Shown in pieces: positions 9,851 to 19,668 of a stretch of DNA of 48,237 nucleotides. The number at the start of each line of letters is the position of its first letter. Positions within the stretch are counted from its first letter, which is position 1. The notes beneath the pieces were generated by a model. That model saw only the letters and a program-made list of their open reading frames with translations, ran no database searches and was not told the origin of the DNA. Source of the DNA: Patescibacteria group bacterium (GTDB taxonomy: Bacteria > Patescibacteriota > Microgenomatia > UBA10105 > UBA927); NCBI GenBank assembly GCA_038062895.1, contig JBBTWJ010000011.1, positions 1-48,237 on the forward strand, given 5' to 3'. A program made the translations under genes and the position numbers.

Positions 9851-10497
9851 GTGATTTTCAAAAAAAAGCTATAGCCATCTTTAGTAAAATCGTTTTAGCC
9901 AAAAAGTTTTATTTGGCCGGGGGGACAGCTTTGGCTGAGTTTTACCTTCATCATCGTAAGTCCGAAGATTTGGATTTTTTTACTGAAAAAGAGTTGAATA
10001 GGAGTGAACTGGAGCGTTTTGTAGATCTGATCGGGAAGAACATTCCTCTGAGGAAAGTAGAATTCCAACACGGTTTTGGCCTGTATACATATTTCTTTTA
10101 TCCCAAAGGGGACACGATCAAACACAAAATTGACTTTGGGCAATACCCATTTTCTCTTATTGAGAGACCAAAACTATTCGGCGGACTGCAAGTGGAGACA
10201 CTCTATGATATCGCCGTTGATAAAGCACATACCATATCCGTGCGTCCACGGCTGAGGGATTTTGTGGATTTATATTCTATATTTCAAGAACACGGCGAGT
10301 GGAATCTGAAAGGTCTCCTACGCAAGGCATTTGAGAAATTTGGGATCAAGGTTGATCCTCTGCAATTGGGAGAAAATCTATTTCAAGTTAAAAATCTTGA
10401 GGATATGCCGATTATGTTGAAGCGTTTTGACCGGGATAAGATGAAAGAATTTTTTCTCACGGAAGCGAGAAAACTGGAGAAGGGAATTTGGCTCTGA
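9832..10497 (+). CDS. Nucleotidyltransferase, AbiEii/AbiGii toxin family
   Basis: YLAGGTAL...HRKSEDLDFF and RDFVDLY motifs. Confidence 0.85.
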   Translation: MGQSVLSDFQKKAIAIFSKIVLAKKFYLAGGTALAEFYLHHRKSEDLDFFTEKELNRSELERFVDLIGKNIPLRKVEFQHGFGLYTYFFYPKGDTIKHKIDFGQYPFSLIERPKLFGGLQVETLYDIAVDKAHTISVRPRLRDFVDLYSIFQEHGEWNLKGLLRKAFEKFGIKVDPLQLGENLFQVKNLEDMPIMLKRFDRDKMKEFFLTEARKLEKGIWL

Positions 10498-10511
10498 AGC
10501 TTGGGGGAACA

Positions 10512-11234
10512 TTACGGGATATTGACCAAGTTTTGGATGACCGTCGCCGGTTTGGAATGGAATACATCAGCTATACGAAGATATACTAGCACTCCTATGA
10601 TCCAAAGTTTGATGAGACTCCCCACGGTATAGCCGGAGCGGCCGTACTTTCTGGATTCATGACGCACCGGAACGGATGCTATGTTTTTTGTGGCGCGCAG
10701 CACAAGACCTGGTAAATATACGAGCGATCCTTTGTACCGGCTGACTTTCCGGGCGACCACACTGGTCATGCAAAAGAAACTCGTCAAGGTGACTCCTGGG
10801 GGTTTGCCGAAAATTCCGGCCATGAGATTATGAAGCCTCGTTCCGATGCGGCGGACCGGATCCTCATTTGTTTCATATTGTCCATACACGACGTCCGCGT
10901 GTTGCGTATAGAGGGCGTTGAGAAGGACGTTTGCTTCCTCTGGTGGCGTTTGGAGATCATCATCCAGACACAAGACTACGTCTCCCTTTGCGAAGCGCAG
11001 TCCGGTGAGGAGTGCATTGTGTTGGCCGAAATTTCTTGTTAGTTGTATATATGTTATGTGTTTGTTTTTTGCAGCGAGTGTTCGGACCACGGCATCCGTG
11101 GTATCGGTTGACCCATCGTTGACACAGATGATCTCTATTTGACCAAAATTCCTCAACCTCATGATCCTCGTGGTCAGTTCGCGTACCGACGCGGCGGCGT
11201 TATAGAGGGGGATGATGAAGGAAACGAGTTTCAT
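10512..11234 (-). CDS. GT2 glycosyltransferase (ArnC/GtrB-like, polyprenyl-phosphate acceptor)
   Basis: IIPLYN, VNDGSTD, RNFGQHNA, DDDLQ.PPE. Confidence 0.85.
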   Translation of the reverse strand: MKLVSFIIPLYNAAASVRELTTRIMRLRNFGQIEIICVNDGSTDTTDAVVRTLAAKNKHITYIQLTRNFGQHNALLTGLRFAKGDVVLCLDDDLQTPPEEANVLLNALYTQHADVVYGQYETNEDPVRRIGTRLHNLMAGIFGKPPGVTLTSFFCMTSVVARKVSRYKGSLVYLPGLVLRATKNIASVPVRHESRKYGRSGYTVGSLIKLWIIGVLVYLRIADVFHSKPATVIQNLVNIP

Positions 11235-12019
11235 ATTACGTAATGCAAGACGACGTCCAATCTGGTCACTTTCGGATGGACGAGGTAGGTGTAGACGTTA
11301 AATACGGCCGTATTGTTGAGGGATATCTGTGTTTGTATGGTGGTGCGCCCCCGCTTTTTTAGCCACGAAAACAGTGAGAAATAGAGAAGTTTGCCCAAGC
11401 CTTTTCCTACGAGCTTGGGGTCAATGGCAGCAAGGCGTAAATTTGTTCCTTCCTGTTTATTTGCGATGATAAAAAATCCGGCAACAACCCCCTTGTCGTC
11501 AATAAATGCAAAGACCTCGTCGGATCCCTTCAAGCTCGACTCGACCCATCCTACGAACCGACTGTTGGACCCTCGTGAAGAAATATTTTTATCCAGATGA
11601 TAGCGGTCTGCGATGAAAGCTTTCCCAGCGATTTTCCGTAGTTCGGGGAGGTGTTTAGGGAGAGCGGGGACGAGCTGGTACTGCCGGTTTTGATGTTGTG
11701 GGAATGATTTTGGATTCCAATTGGTGAGGTCAAAAGATATTTCCACAGCTTCTTCGATTACATAGAAGCCCGAGGAAGTAAGGACATGTAAACGCTCTAC
11801 TTCAAGCGGAGAAGTTTTCAGAAACAGCAAATCGCCCTTGGTAAGGTTTAGATTTTTTTTAAGTTTTAATAGAAGGTTTTTGGCCGTCTGTTTCGATTTA
11901 AACGCAAATTCTTTGATCTCTATAGTGGTATTTTGTAAATACTTCGAGTCCCAGGGTATCAGGGCGTAGGTAAGGGAAGCGTTGCGATAAGTGATGGTCT
12001 GGGGAGTGACGTAAAACAT
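11231..12019 (-). CDS. GNAT acetyltransferase, WecD-like NDP-aminosugar acyltransferase
   Basis: IPWDS, RYHLD..I, GKGLGK acetyl-CoA motif; start moved to ATG 12019 because the longer N-terminus is REP-derived. Confidence 0.65.
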   Translation of the reverse strand: MFYVTPQTITYRNASLTYALIPWDSKYLQNTTIEIKEFAFKSKQTAKNLLLKLKKNLNLTKGDLLFLKTSPLEVERLHVLTSSGFYVIEEAVEISFDLTNWNPKSFPQHQNRQYQLVPALPKHLPELRKIAGKAFIADRYHLDKNISSRGSNSRFVGWVESSLKGSDEVFAFIDDKGVVAGFFIIANKQEGTNLRLAAIDPKLVGKGLGKLLYFSLFSWLKKRGRTTIQTQISLNNTAVFNVYTYLVHPKVTRLDVVLHYVI

Positions 12020-12081
12020 TGGACACAAGAATAGTGTGTTTTGTCTTTGTTGACAATAGCGAGGGATGAAACAGCAATTAT

Positions 12082-12110
12082 AGCTTCGCCAAGTCTGACT
12101 TGGCGAAGCT
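12082..12110. repeat. 29-bp REP variant A'; overlaps the stop codon of the GT2 gene 12109..12834
   Basis: AGCTTCGCCAAGT-CTG-ACTTGGCGAAGCT. Confidence 0.9.
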
Positions 12111-12834
12111 AGTTTTTCCCCAGCAGCATGAGGTTCACCCAGAGCCACAGGAATTCAGTGAGTGTGTGGATAAGCCGGGGGAGTGTGAAAAATTGCGATT
12201 GCCCATGGAGTCGGGGGAAATGGCTCACGGTCACTTCCGCAAATATTGCACCGCGGAGTTGGGCTTTTTTGACGAGACATACACAGACCGCGCCACTGGT
12301 GGTCGTGAGGCGGATCTGTTTGGCGATCTCTTTTCGGATGAGCCGGAAGTCGCAGTCCACATCAATGATGGGGAGCCAAAACATCCAGCGTGCGATAAAT
12401 TTATACATATTGCCCAAAACGACACGCAGTAATGGATCGTGACGTTCCTCCTTGATGCCGTTGACGAAGCTCACGTCACCTCCCATGAGGGTAAGAAGTC
12501 TGGGAAGTTGCCGGATATCATACTGCCCATCCCCGTCGGTGTAGGCGATCAGGTCGCCTTTGGCGGCAGTAAATCCGGACTGTAATACTGCGCCATACCC
12601 TTTATTTGTAGCATGGAAGATGAGTTTGAGCTGGGGGAATGTCGTTTTTTTCAATTGGTGCAGGAGTTCCCGTGATCCATCTGTTGATCCATCGTCGATG
12701 ACGATCACTTCCGGATGGTTCGTGATTTTTTTAAGTGTCACATAGGCATCGTGGACCAGGTTTTTGATCGTCTCTCGGTCGTTGTAGCAGGGGAAGAAGA
12801 TGCTGATAGAGGGATGGAGCTTGGTGGTCGGCAT
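12109..12834 (-). CDS. GT2 glycosyltransferase (DPM-synthase-like)
   Basis: FFPCYND, IDDGSTD, NKGYG, DGDGQYD, DVDCDFRL. Confidence 0.85.
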   Translation of the reverse strand: MPTTKLHPSISIFFPCYNDRETIKNLVHDAYVTLKKITNHPEVIVIDDGSTDGSRELLHQLKKTTFPQLKLIFHATNKGYGAVLQSGFTAAKGDLIAYTDGDGQYDIRQLPRLLTLMGGDVSFVNGIKEERHDPLLRVVLGNMYKFIARWMFWLPIIDVDCDFRLIRKEIAKQIRLTTTSGAVCVCLVKKAQLRGAIFAEVTVSHFPRLHGQSQFFTLPRLIHTLTEFLWLWVNLMLLGKN

Positions 12835-12837
12835 AGA

Positions 12838-14040
12838 TTATGCTATGAAATATCCCCGGGTAAAAAGGATGATGCAGAAAAAAAGCATGGATACGGTTAC
12901 GAAGAAATACAGCGTTTTCCTGAATTTCGTTTGCTCTGAAAGAGCCATGGCAAGGGTAAAAAATAACGGGTATAGATGAAGTCCATAGCGGGGCATTCCC
13001 TGAAACGTGCCGGTGAAGGATGGGATAAGGATAGATATAGTTAAAAAAATCCAGTAGGAAGCCCTGATTTTTCCGATGGACCAGATTATTGCCCAAGTGT
13101 AAAGAGCGACTGAGCTAAGTTCTATCATAGCCACCCAATAGGTGAGTGTGGCAGGGGGATGAAGGAAAAAAATTTTCAGATACCGCCATACTACTTGTAT
13201 CGGGAACGTGACTTTTTCCTGTCCCCAGACGCTCATAGTCGTAAAAAGTGTCTGCCAACTGCCAAATTGTCCATGGATCCACATCAAATAGCCAAGCATG
13301 GTCAATGGGATGAAAAATGCCGCCCAGACGCGATGCTTATAAAGCAGATGCAAACGGAAATTATTTCGGAGAGAGGTAAGGATCGGTTTTATTTGCCATT
13401 TATTGTCTGTGGGTAACGCATATTCCACGAGAAGAAATGGAAACAGCGCCAGACCATTTAGTCGCGTCAATGTGGCAGCGGCACCGGCAATCCCTGCCCA
13501 TACAAAATTTTTTGTCCGTCCCAAGTACAGCGTGAGAGTAGTGAGGAAGAAAAATAACGCATCGTTATAGGTTGCTCCATAAGAATAGGATGTTGGGTAG
13601 GTGAGTACGACGGCGATAATGAGGGGAAAGAGGGAAAGTTTTTTGTCGTGTGCTAAAAGTTTGACGACCACAATGAGGGCAGCAGAAAGACTTGCGAGGG
13701 AGACGATTTGAGCGGCCAAAACGAAGGGTAGGCTCCACCTTAGGGCGATGAACCGGACGATGACCGGATAGAGGGGGAAAAACGGTTGTTGCCCGGATAA
13801 ATATCCGTCGCGGGCAATCGCAAGGTAAAAAAAGCCGTCAAAGTTGCCCCAAATACTCACGAGGTACGGGAGATAAAATCCGAAATTTTTATACTGCGGA
13901 TCACGCCAAATAGTGTACGCCAATTGGAGAGGGAGTATTTGTGTGGCGAATGTCGCGAAAATAAGTGTGATTACCTTCCAGAGAAGTACTCCGATTATCA
14001 ACGTACGCCCAACGGTACGCCATGTGCTGTATAGTATCAT
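12838..14040 (-). CDS. PIG-V-like mannosyltransferase (GT-C)
   Basis: WGNFDGFFYLAIARDGY...FFPLYP, TRLNG, GMPRY; start at 14040 or 14058. Confidence 0.75.
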   Translation of the reverse strand: MILYSTWRTVGRTLIIGVLLWKVITLIFATFATQILPLQLAYTIWRDPQYKNFGFYLPYLVSIWGNFDGFFYLAIARDGYLSGQQPFFPLYPVIVRFIALRWSLPFVLAAQIVSLASLSAALIVVVKLLAHDKKLSLFPLIIAVVLTYPTSYSYGATYNDALFFFLTTLTLYLGRTKNFVWAGIAGAAATLTRLNGLALFPFLLVEYALPTDNKWQIKPILTSLRNNFRLHLLYKHRVWAAFFIPLTMLGYLMWIHGQFGSWQTLFTTMSVWGQEKVTFPIQVVWRYLKIFFLHPPATLTYWVAMIELSSVALYTWAIIWSIGKIRASYWIFLTISILIPSFTGTFQGMPRYGLHLYPLFFTLAMALSEQTKFRKTLYFFVTVSMLFFCIILFTRGYFIA

Positions 14041-14048
14041 TACTGGGT

Positions 14049-14477
14049 ATGGTATCACGCCGTTTTTTTAGAAGAAAGAGCATGATCAATCCTGACGTAA
14101 TATGGATTACATCAGTTGCGGGGTTATTGGTGATCATGGGTACTATGATTTCACGGTTGCCCAGTCCGAGAGATTTTACCCCACCGTCTATCGGCATCTC
14201 ATATCCGGATGAGGGAGCAACTGTTCAGGGGAATGTCGATATCGGGGTGCATGCGACTGATTCTAGCGGTATAGACCGTGTGGAAATTACCCTCAATTGT
14301 ACGCAGCCAATTGCAAATTTTACGCATCCCCCATACACGATCGTCTGGGATACGACACCATTGGCCGTCAAACGCTACCAACTCTGCGTCACGGCATGGG
14401 ATGCGGCGGGATTGAGTTCGCGCGTCACACGGGACGTATTCGTGACGTTGCAAAAGCCAATCATGGCGATACAATGA
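14049..14477 (+). CDS. Membrane-anchored Ig-like (Big) domain protein
   Basis: One TM, then DFTPP..ISYP.EG..V.G, ATD.SGI.RVE, PY...WDT, AWDAAG; start uncertain. Confidence 0.7.
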   Translation: MVSRRFFRRKSMINPDVIWITSVAGLLVIMGTMISRLPSPRDFTPPSIGISYPDEGATVQGNVDIGVHATDSSGIDRVEITLNCTQPIANFTHPPYTIVWDTTPLAVKRYQLCVTAWDAAGLSSRVTRDVFVTLQKPIMAIQ

Positions 14478-14483
14478 GAGGCG

Positions 14484-16901
14484 ATGAGAATACTCAAATA
14501 TCCATTCGTTGTCCCTGCGTTTTTTTATCTCGCCGTTGTGTTCTCCGTCTTTTGGCCTATCCTGTGGCCACCGGCAGGGACTCTCGTTTTTGGCGATGAT
14601 ATCCATCGGTCCTATCACTTTTTTCGGCAGCTGTTTGCTGATTCAATTTCTCGGGGCGAATTTCCCTGGTGGAATCCGTATCTGTTTTCCGGTGAACCGC
14701 TGATTGCCAACCCATCCTTGGCGTTTTGGTATCCCGTTAATTGGCTCTTTGCCCTCATCCCGTATCGCTTCGTCTATTCCTGGATCATACCCCTTCACAT
14801 TTTCTGGGCGATGATGGGAATGTACACCCTCGTACAGGGTATGACAAACAGCAAACAACAAAGAGCAAAGAGCAAACAGTTTTCTCTTATCCGTTCTCTG
14901 TTCTCTGTTATCTGTTATCCTTTTTCCTTAGGTCCCTGGCTTGCCGGTTTCATCTTTGGTCTTTCCGGTTTTTTCATGGGCCGGGTATGGGAAGGGCACA
15001 TTGAGCTTATTCTTTCGGCTTCCTGGATGCCGTGGGTGGTAGCGGCATTTGGGCAGTTGGCGCGCGCTGAGGTCGGCATGCCGTCGTTTTCGCATCATCA
15101 AGGTCCGGACCACTCATTAGCCCATCGAAGTTTTTTTGCCAAGGCCGTGATGATGCTCAAAACGTCACGCCTTCCCGCACGCGAGATTGTACTGACGGCA
15201 ATCGTATTCGCCATGCAGATACTCGCCGGCTACCAGACGATGGCGCTTCTTACATTGGAGGCAGTGTTCATTATTGCGTTGTTTCAAAGCATTGCGATGA
15301 AGAGTTTTCAACCATTACTCCGAACTGGTCTTGCTGGTCTTACTGGTCTTGCTCTTGCCGCTATTCAGATTCTCCCCGGACAGGAATTTTTTCGGTCAAG
15401 CATCCGGACATACGCACTCCCGTATACCTGGGCGGTGTTTGGTTCGTATACGATAGAGAATCTCAAACAGCTCTTTGATCCATTTTTCTTCGGATTCCCA
15501 TGGAGCTATAAAGGCCCCAGTCCAAACTTCGGAGAAATGGCCGCCTACATCGGAAAAGGGGGATTGCTCTTGGCCTTCATTTCGATCTTTGTATTTGTTA
15601 TTCAGTTATTTCAAAAGGTATTCAAACGAAGTAACCCAGTAACGAAATCACAAGTCAGTAAATATTCGTACTTACTAAGTAACGAAGTAACGAAATTGCT
15701 AACTAACCAGAGCCAAATAGTAGTATTTGGCGGTGCGATGCTCTGTGTTGCCATCTTTGGTCTGTGGGTATCGTTTGGGTGGAACGCGCCAATTGACCTC
15801 AATAAAATGCTTTGGGATATCGTTCCTATGTACAAATACCTCCGCATCCCGTCCCGTCACCTTATTCTCTTTGTCTTCGGCATGAGCGCCCTCGCCGGCT
15901 TGGGATTCCATCAGATTATCAGATACCTTAGCTTCGCAAGGCCTGGCCTTGCGAAGCTGGCTGTTTTGATCATTTCATTGGTTATTATTGTTGATATGCT
16001 CTGGTTTGCAAAAGTATTTGTTCTATTGCGTCCCGACCCGGTGACGCGGCATAATCAGGAATTAGTCTCCTATCTTCAAAAAAATGTAGGTCTTGCACGA
16101 ATCCTCCCCAACTTTAACGTCGGCATGGGGACGCGTGATGCTCTGGATTTTGACGCCGCGATGGGGTACCGGATGTATAGCGCCTCGGGTTATGATCCTG
16201 CCATCCTTCGCAATTATTATGAATTTGCCGCGGCCGTGGCAGGGATAGAAAACCCCGATGTCCAGCAAACCGACGTGCAGATTCCGTATCTCTTGCCTGC
16301 TTCCCGATACACGGACTTTCTCAACGTCAAATATATGTTTGTTCCGTCCTGGTTTGACTCGGTGGCCGGATCACACCCCAAATACAAACTCGTCATGGAG
16401 GAAAACAAAAAAGATTACTTCCGGCTGTATGAAAATACTCAAGTATTACCTAGATTTTTTCTTGTACCCACACTCGTAGGTTTGCCCAATAGGGATGCAA
16501 TCGCCCGCGCAATACGGATGGGGGAGCACGATCCGGGGAAGGTCATCCTCGGGCAAACGAAAGATATTCCGGCTGGATTTACCGCTGATTGCGGCACGCA
16601 AAAACTTCCGGCGGTTACTGTCATCTCCTATTCAATGAATAAAATAATTTTGGAAACGAATGCACCCTGCAATGCATTTTTAGCAACGAGTGAAGTCATG
16701 TATCCGGGGTGGCAAGCCACGATTGATGGTAAAGGATCAAACTTCATTGAAGGCAACCTGGCCTTCCGCACGATCCCAGTGCCCTCGGGCCGCCACACCA
16801 TCATCATGACCTTCCGGCCAACAGTATTTATTGTGGGTTTCTTCGTGAGCATCGCGGCCCTTCTTGGCAGTTTGATTTGGATGAAAAAAACGGTATCCTA
16901 G
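14484..16901 (+). CDS. YfhO-family membrane protein (paralog 2)
   Basis: PWWNPYLFSGEP; SEVMYPGWQATIDG...FRTIPVPSGRH. Confidence 0.8.
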   Translation: MRILKYPFVVPAFFYLAVVFSVFWPILWPPAGTLVFGDDIHRSYHFFRQLFADSISRGEFPWWNPYLFSGEPLIANPSLAFWYPVNWLFALIPYRFVYSWIIPLHIFWAMMGMYTLVQGMTNSKQQRAKSKQFSLIRSLFSVICYPFSLGPWLAGFIFGLSGFFMGRVWEGHIELILSASWMPWVVAAFGQLARAEVGMPSFSHHQGPDHSLAHRSFFAKAVMMLKTSRLPAREIVLTAIVFAMQILAGYQTMALLTLEAVFIIALFQSIAMKSFQPLLRTGLAGLTGLALAAIQILPGQEFFRSSIRTYALPYTWAVFGSYTIENLKQLFDPFFFGFPWSYKGPSPNFGEMAAYIGKGGLLLAFISIFVFVIQLFQKVFKRSNPVTKSQVSKYSYLLSNEVTKLLTNQSQIVVFGGAMLCVAIFGLWVSFGWNAPIDLNKMLWDIVPMYKYLRIPSRHLILFVFGMSALAGLGFHQIIRYLSFARPGLAKLAVLIISLVIIVDMLWFAKVFVLLRPDPVTRHNQELVSYLQKNVGLARILPNFNVGMGTRDALDFDAAMGYRMYSASGYDPAILRNYYEFAAAVAGIENPDVQQTDVQIPYLLPASRYTDFLNVKYMFVPSWFDSVAGSHPKYKLVMEENKKDYFRLYENTQVLPRFFLVPTLVGLPNRDAIARAIRMGEHDPGKVILGQTKDIPAGFTADCGTQKLPAVTVISYSMNKIILETNAPCNAFLATSEVMYPGWQATIDGKGSNFIEGNLAFRTIPVPSGRHTIIMTFRPTVFIVGFFVSIAALLGSLIWMKKTVS
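14844..14920. repeat. Two opposed degenerate heptamer arrays inside CDS
   Basis: CAAACAG/CAAAGAG units followed by CTGTTCT/CTGTTAT units. Confidence 0.75.
15060..15183. repeat. About 120-bp stem-loop element, in-frame (homolog of 7161..7282)
   Basis: Arms GCATCATCA (15092) and TGATGATGC (15148). Confidence 0.7.
15625..15708. repeat. Degenerate octamer array (AGTAACGA) inside CDS
   Basis: AACGAAGT AACCCAGT AACGAAAT...AAGTAACGAAGTAACGAA. Confidence 0.7.
15930..15958. repeat. Family A REP, in-frame (SFARPGLAKL)
   Basis: Identical to 4889..4917 but read in another frame. Confidence 0.95.
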
Positions 16902-16912
16902 CGTGGGAAGGA

Positions 16913-17431
16913 ATGAATATGTTTGCTGTTTCCTCATTACATACTTATCGATCAACCAAGATGGTGCCTTTGGTAAAAGCGGCATCATTCGTGAGAAGTC
17001 TCCGTAAGCAAGGCAAGACCGTCGGGCTTTGCCATGGGGGGTTTGACCTTCTCCATCCCGGTCACGTCAAACATTTCGAGTCCGCTAAAAAGCATTGTGA
17101 TGTGCTGGTGGTATCCGTGACGAGCGACCGGTTTGTGGAGGGCCGCAAGGGCGCAGGCCGGCCCATATATCCGGATCAACTCCGGGCGTACATGATCGCA
17201 AGCCTGGCAGTGGTGGACTACGTCGTCATTACGGATTTTAAACTTGGCGTGGACGTCATTCATGCGCTCCAACCGTCTCTCTATATCAAAGGTTCAGACT
17301 TTGTCGGGAAACAGACGCCTGGCATCACCGCCGAGCGGGAAGCGATTCAATCGGTCGGCGGCACGATGGTCTATACCAAAGACCCCAAACTTTCGACGAG
17401 CGCAATCATCGAGCACATCCGGAAATCATGA
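16913..17431 (+). CDS. Cytidylyl/adenylyltransferase, RfaE(HldE) domain II-like
   Basis: GGFDLLHPGH (HxGH), KG.GRPI, YIKGSDF, STS. Confidence 0.85.
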   Translation: MNMFAVSSLHTYRSTKMVPLVKAASFVRSLRKQGKTVGLCHGGFDLLHPGHVKHFESAKKHCDVLVVSVTSDRFVEGRKGAGRPIYPDQLRAYMIASLAVVDYVVITDFKLGVDVIHALQPSLYIKGSDFVGKQTPGITAEREAIQSVGGTMVYTKDPKLSTSAIIEHIRKS

Positions 17432-19650
17432 AAAAGTTTCTTCCATTTTTCCTGTATGCCGTTCTCATTGTTGTCGTATTTTGGGGTGTGCTGGTGCCCC
17501 CGGAAGGAAAAATACTTTTTGGTCCGGATATCACGCGGTACCATTATTTTCAGAGGCAGTTTTTAGGATCAGTACTTCGTGAGGGGAGTGTGCCGTGGTG
17601 GAATCCCTACACCATGATGGGAGTTCCGTACCTCGAGCATCCGCAAATTCCTTTTTGGTACCTCCCCAATCTTCTGTTTGTGTTGTTGCCGGTGAATGTC
17701 GCAATGTCCTGGTATATCGCTCTCCACCTATTTATCGCGATGGTGGGAATGTACACCCTGCTTCGCAGGGAATTATCCAATAATCCAATAATCAAATTAT
17801 CCAATGAAAAACAAGAACCCATTCACTTATTTACTCATTCACCCATCACGCAACTCTCCGCTTGGGCTGCGGGCGTCGCTTTTGGACTGTCTGCGTACTT
17901 TGTGGCCCGGATTCCTGCCGGGCACATCGATATCATTGCCGCTTCCTCGTGGATGCCAATCGTCATTATTGCATTTTTCCACCTCATGCGCGCCCAGGTC
18001 TCCGCCAGCCGGCGGATTCCCGCGCGCTTCATCGCATTGGCCGGAATTGCATTTGCCATTCAACTTCTCGCCGGACATCCGATGGTTGCGGTGTTTACGC
18101 TGGAGGCGGTTTTTATTATCACCGTGATTCACGCTATTCCTGCTTTCGCTTCTGCTTCTACTCTTACCACTGGCCTTGCTCGTGTTGCTCGAGTTGCTTT
18201 TACTGCTGGTCTTGCTATTCTTACTGGTCTTGCTTTAGCTGCTATTCAAATCCTCCCCAACGCCCAATTTATTGCCCACAGCATCCGGACGTTTCCGTTT
18301 CCGGACAGCTGGGCGCAGCTTGGCACGCCGACGATTGGACACATGCTAGAATTTCTCGATCCATTTTATTTCTATTCGCGACTCCCAGACTCGGGATTTG
18401 GATTTGAGCACGTGGGCTATATCGGAAAAATACCGTTATTATTTGCCATGATAGCCATCGTGTCCTGGATTGTAGCCAAGAGGAAACGGTGGGAAGTTCC
18501 TGCGTTTGTTATGGTTTCATTCTTTGGTATCTGGATGTGGTTGGGTAATAATGCGCCGTTTGATCTTTTTTCTTGGGTGCGTTCTTGGATGCCTCTCTAC
18601 AGTCAGATCCGTATTCCTGCCCGTCACATCATACTATTTGTGTTTTCGGCAAGCGTGCTGTTCGGATTAGGACTCAACGTTATTCAGTCAAAAGCAATTC
18701 AGATAATCGCGACCGTTTTATTGCTTGTTGAGCTTGTTCCTTTTGCCCGCCATCACCTTTCTTTGGTGCCTACGCCAGACAAGGCCCAGGACAGCGAACT
18801 GACTTCCACTCTTACGAGTGATCACAGTCTCTATCGTTTTCTTCCTGATTTTTATCACGGCGATCCCATGCGGGATGTGTTGGAATTTAACGCGCCGATT
18901 ATCCATAAAATCCAATCCGTGTCCGGCTATGATACGCCGCCCATCCGGAATATGTATGAGTTTTTGTTGAGTGTAAACGATTACCGGCTTTCTGATGTAT
19001 TACCATACACCGAGTCCATCCCGCCGTTTCGTGCCATCACCTCACCGTACCTTAACTTCCTCAACGTTAAATACATTCTTGTACCGATAGTCCAAGATCC
19101 GATAAAAAGAATCCAGACAAAGCAGTTTTCGTTGATTAAAGAAAGTGCAACGCGAGGATGGAGGGTATATGAAAATAAAAACGTAATGTCTCGTTTTTTT
19201 ATCGCAACGAACATGCAAAAAGAATCGAATAGGGGAAGGGTGTTATCAACAATCAAGCAGGGGAGCGTGGATCCAAAAACAACTATTGTAGTGGATGAAA
19301 ATTCTGTAGATACGTCAGGGTTTTTTCCGGATTGTCCGGAGGGAACGACTGGCAATATTTTGGTTGAGTCCTACGGATATGGAACGATTCGTCTAACCGC
19401 CAACACGCTTTGCAACGCGTTTCTCGCCACAAGCGAAGTCATGTATCCCGGCTGGACGGCCGCGATTGATGGGAAATCAGTGCCGGTTTTTGAAAGCAAC
19501 GCAGCCTTCCGGACGGTGTATCTGCCCCGAGGCACCCACACCATCGTCTTTTCCTACCGCCCGACAATCGTACTTTGGGGAGCCATGATAAGCATTTTAA
19601 CCATTTTTGTAATATTTCTAGCTTCGCAAGGCCTGGCCTTGCGAAGCTAA
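17428..19650 (+). CDS. YfhO-family membrane protein (paralog 3)
   Basis: PWWNPY..GVP; SEVMYPGWTAAIDG...FRTVYLPRGTH; C-terminus encoded by a REP. Confidence 0.8.
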   Translation: MKKFLPFFLYAVLIVVVFWGVLVPPEGKILFGPDITRYHYFQRQFLGSVLREGSVPWWNPYTMMGVPYLEHPQIPFWYLPNLLFVLLPVNVAMSWYIALHLFIAMVGMYTLLRRELSNNPIIKLSNEKQEPIHLFTHSPITQLSAWAAGVAFGLSAYFVARIPAGHIDIIAASSWMPIVIIAFFHLMRAQVSASRRIPARFIALAGIAFAIQLLAGHPMVAVFTLEAVFIITVIHAIPAFASASTLTTGLARVARVAFTAGLAILTGLALAAIQILPNAQFIAHSIRTFPFPDSWAQLGTPTIGHMLEFLDPFYFYSRLPDSGFGFEHVGYIGKIPLLFAMIAIVSWIVAKRKRWEVPAFVMVSFFGIWMWLGNNAPFDLFSWVRSWMPLYSQIRIPARHIILFVFSASVLFGLGLNVIQSKAIQIIATVLLLVELVPFARHHLSLVPTPDKAQDSELTSTLTSDHSLYRFLPDFYHGDPMRDVLEFNAPIIHKIQSVSGYDTPPIRNMYEFLLSVNDYRLSDVLPYTESIPPFRAITSPYLNFLNVKYILVPIVQDPIKRIQTKQFSLIKESATRGWRVYENKNVMSRFFIATNMQKESNRGRVLSTIKQGSVDPKTTIVVDENSVDTSGFFPDCPEGTTGNILVESYGYGTIRLTANTLCNAFLATSEVMYPGWTAAIDGKSVPVFESNAAFRTVYLPRGTHTIVFSYRPTIVLWGAMISILTIFVIFLASQGLALRS
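17771..17855. repeat. Degenerate octamer arrays inside CDS
   Basis: AATTATCC/AATAATCC units, then ATTCACTT/ATTTACTC/ATTCACCC units. Confidence 0.7.
19620..19648. repeat. Family A REP, downstream flank of RAYT-1; encodes the end of YfhO paralog 3
   Basis: AGCTTCGCAAGGCCTGGCCTTGCGAAGCT followed by AA, forming the TAA stop. Confidence 0.95.
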
Positions 19651-19668
19651 CTGTTTTTAGATTCCGTC

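Noticed and set aside
12020-12148. N-terminal extension of the GNAT ORF
   Set aside because: It runs through a REP and the upstream GT2 end; ATG 12019 is more plausible.
15323-18243. 9-bp ACTGGTCTT-like repeats in TM segments (also near 39660 and 47640)
   Set aside because: They are codon-multiple and encode plausible TM residues; they cannot be separated from ordinary low-complexity coding without an alignment.
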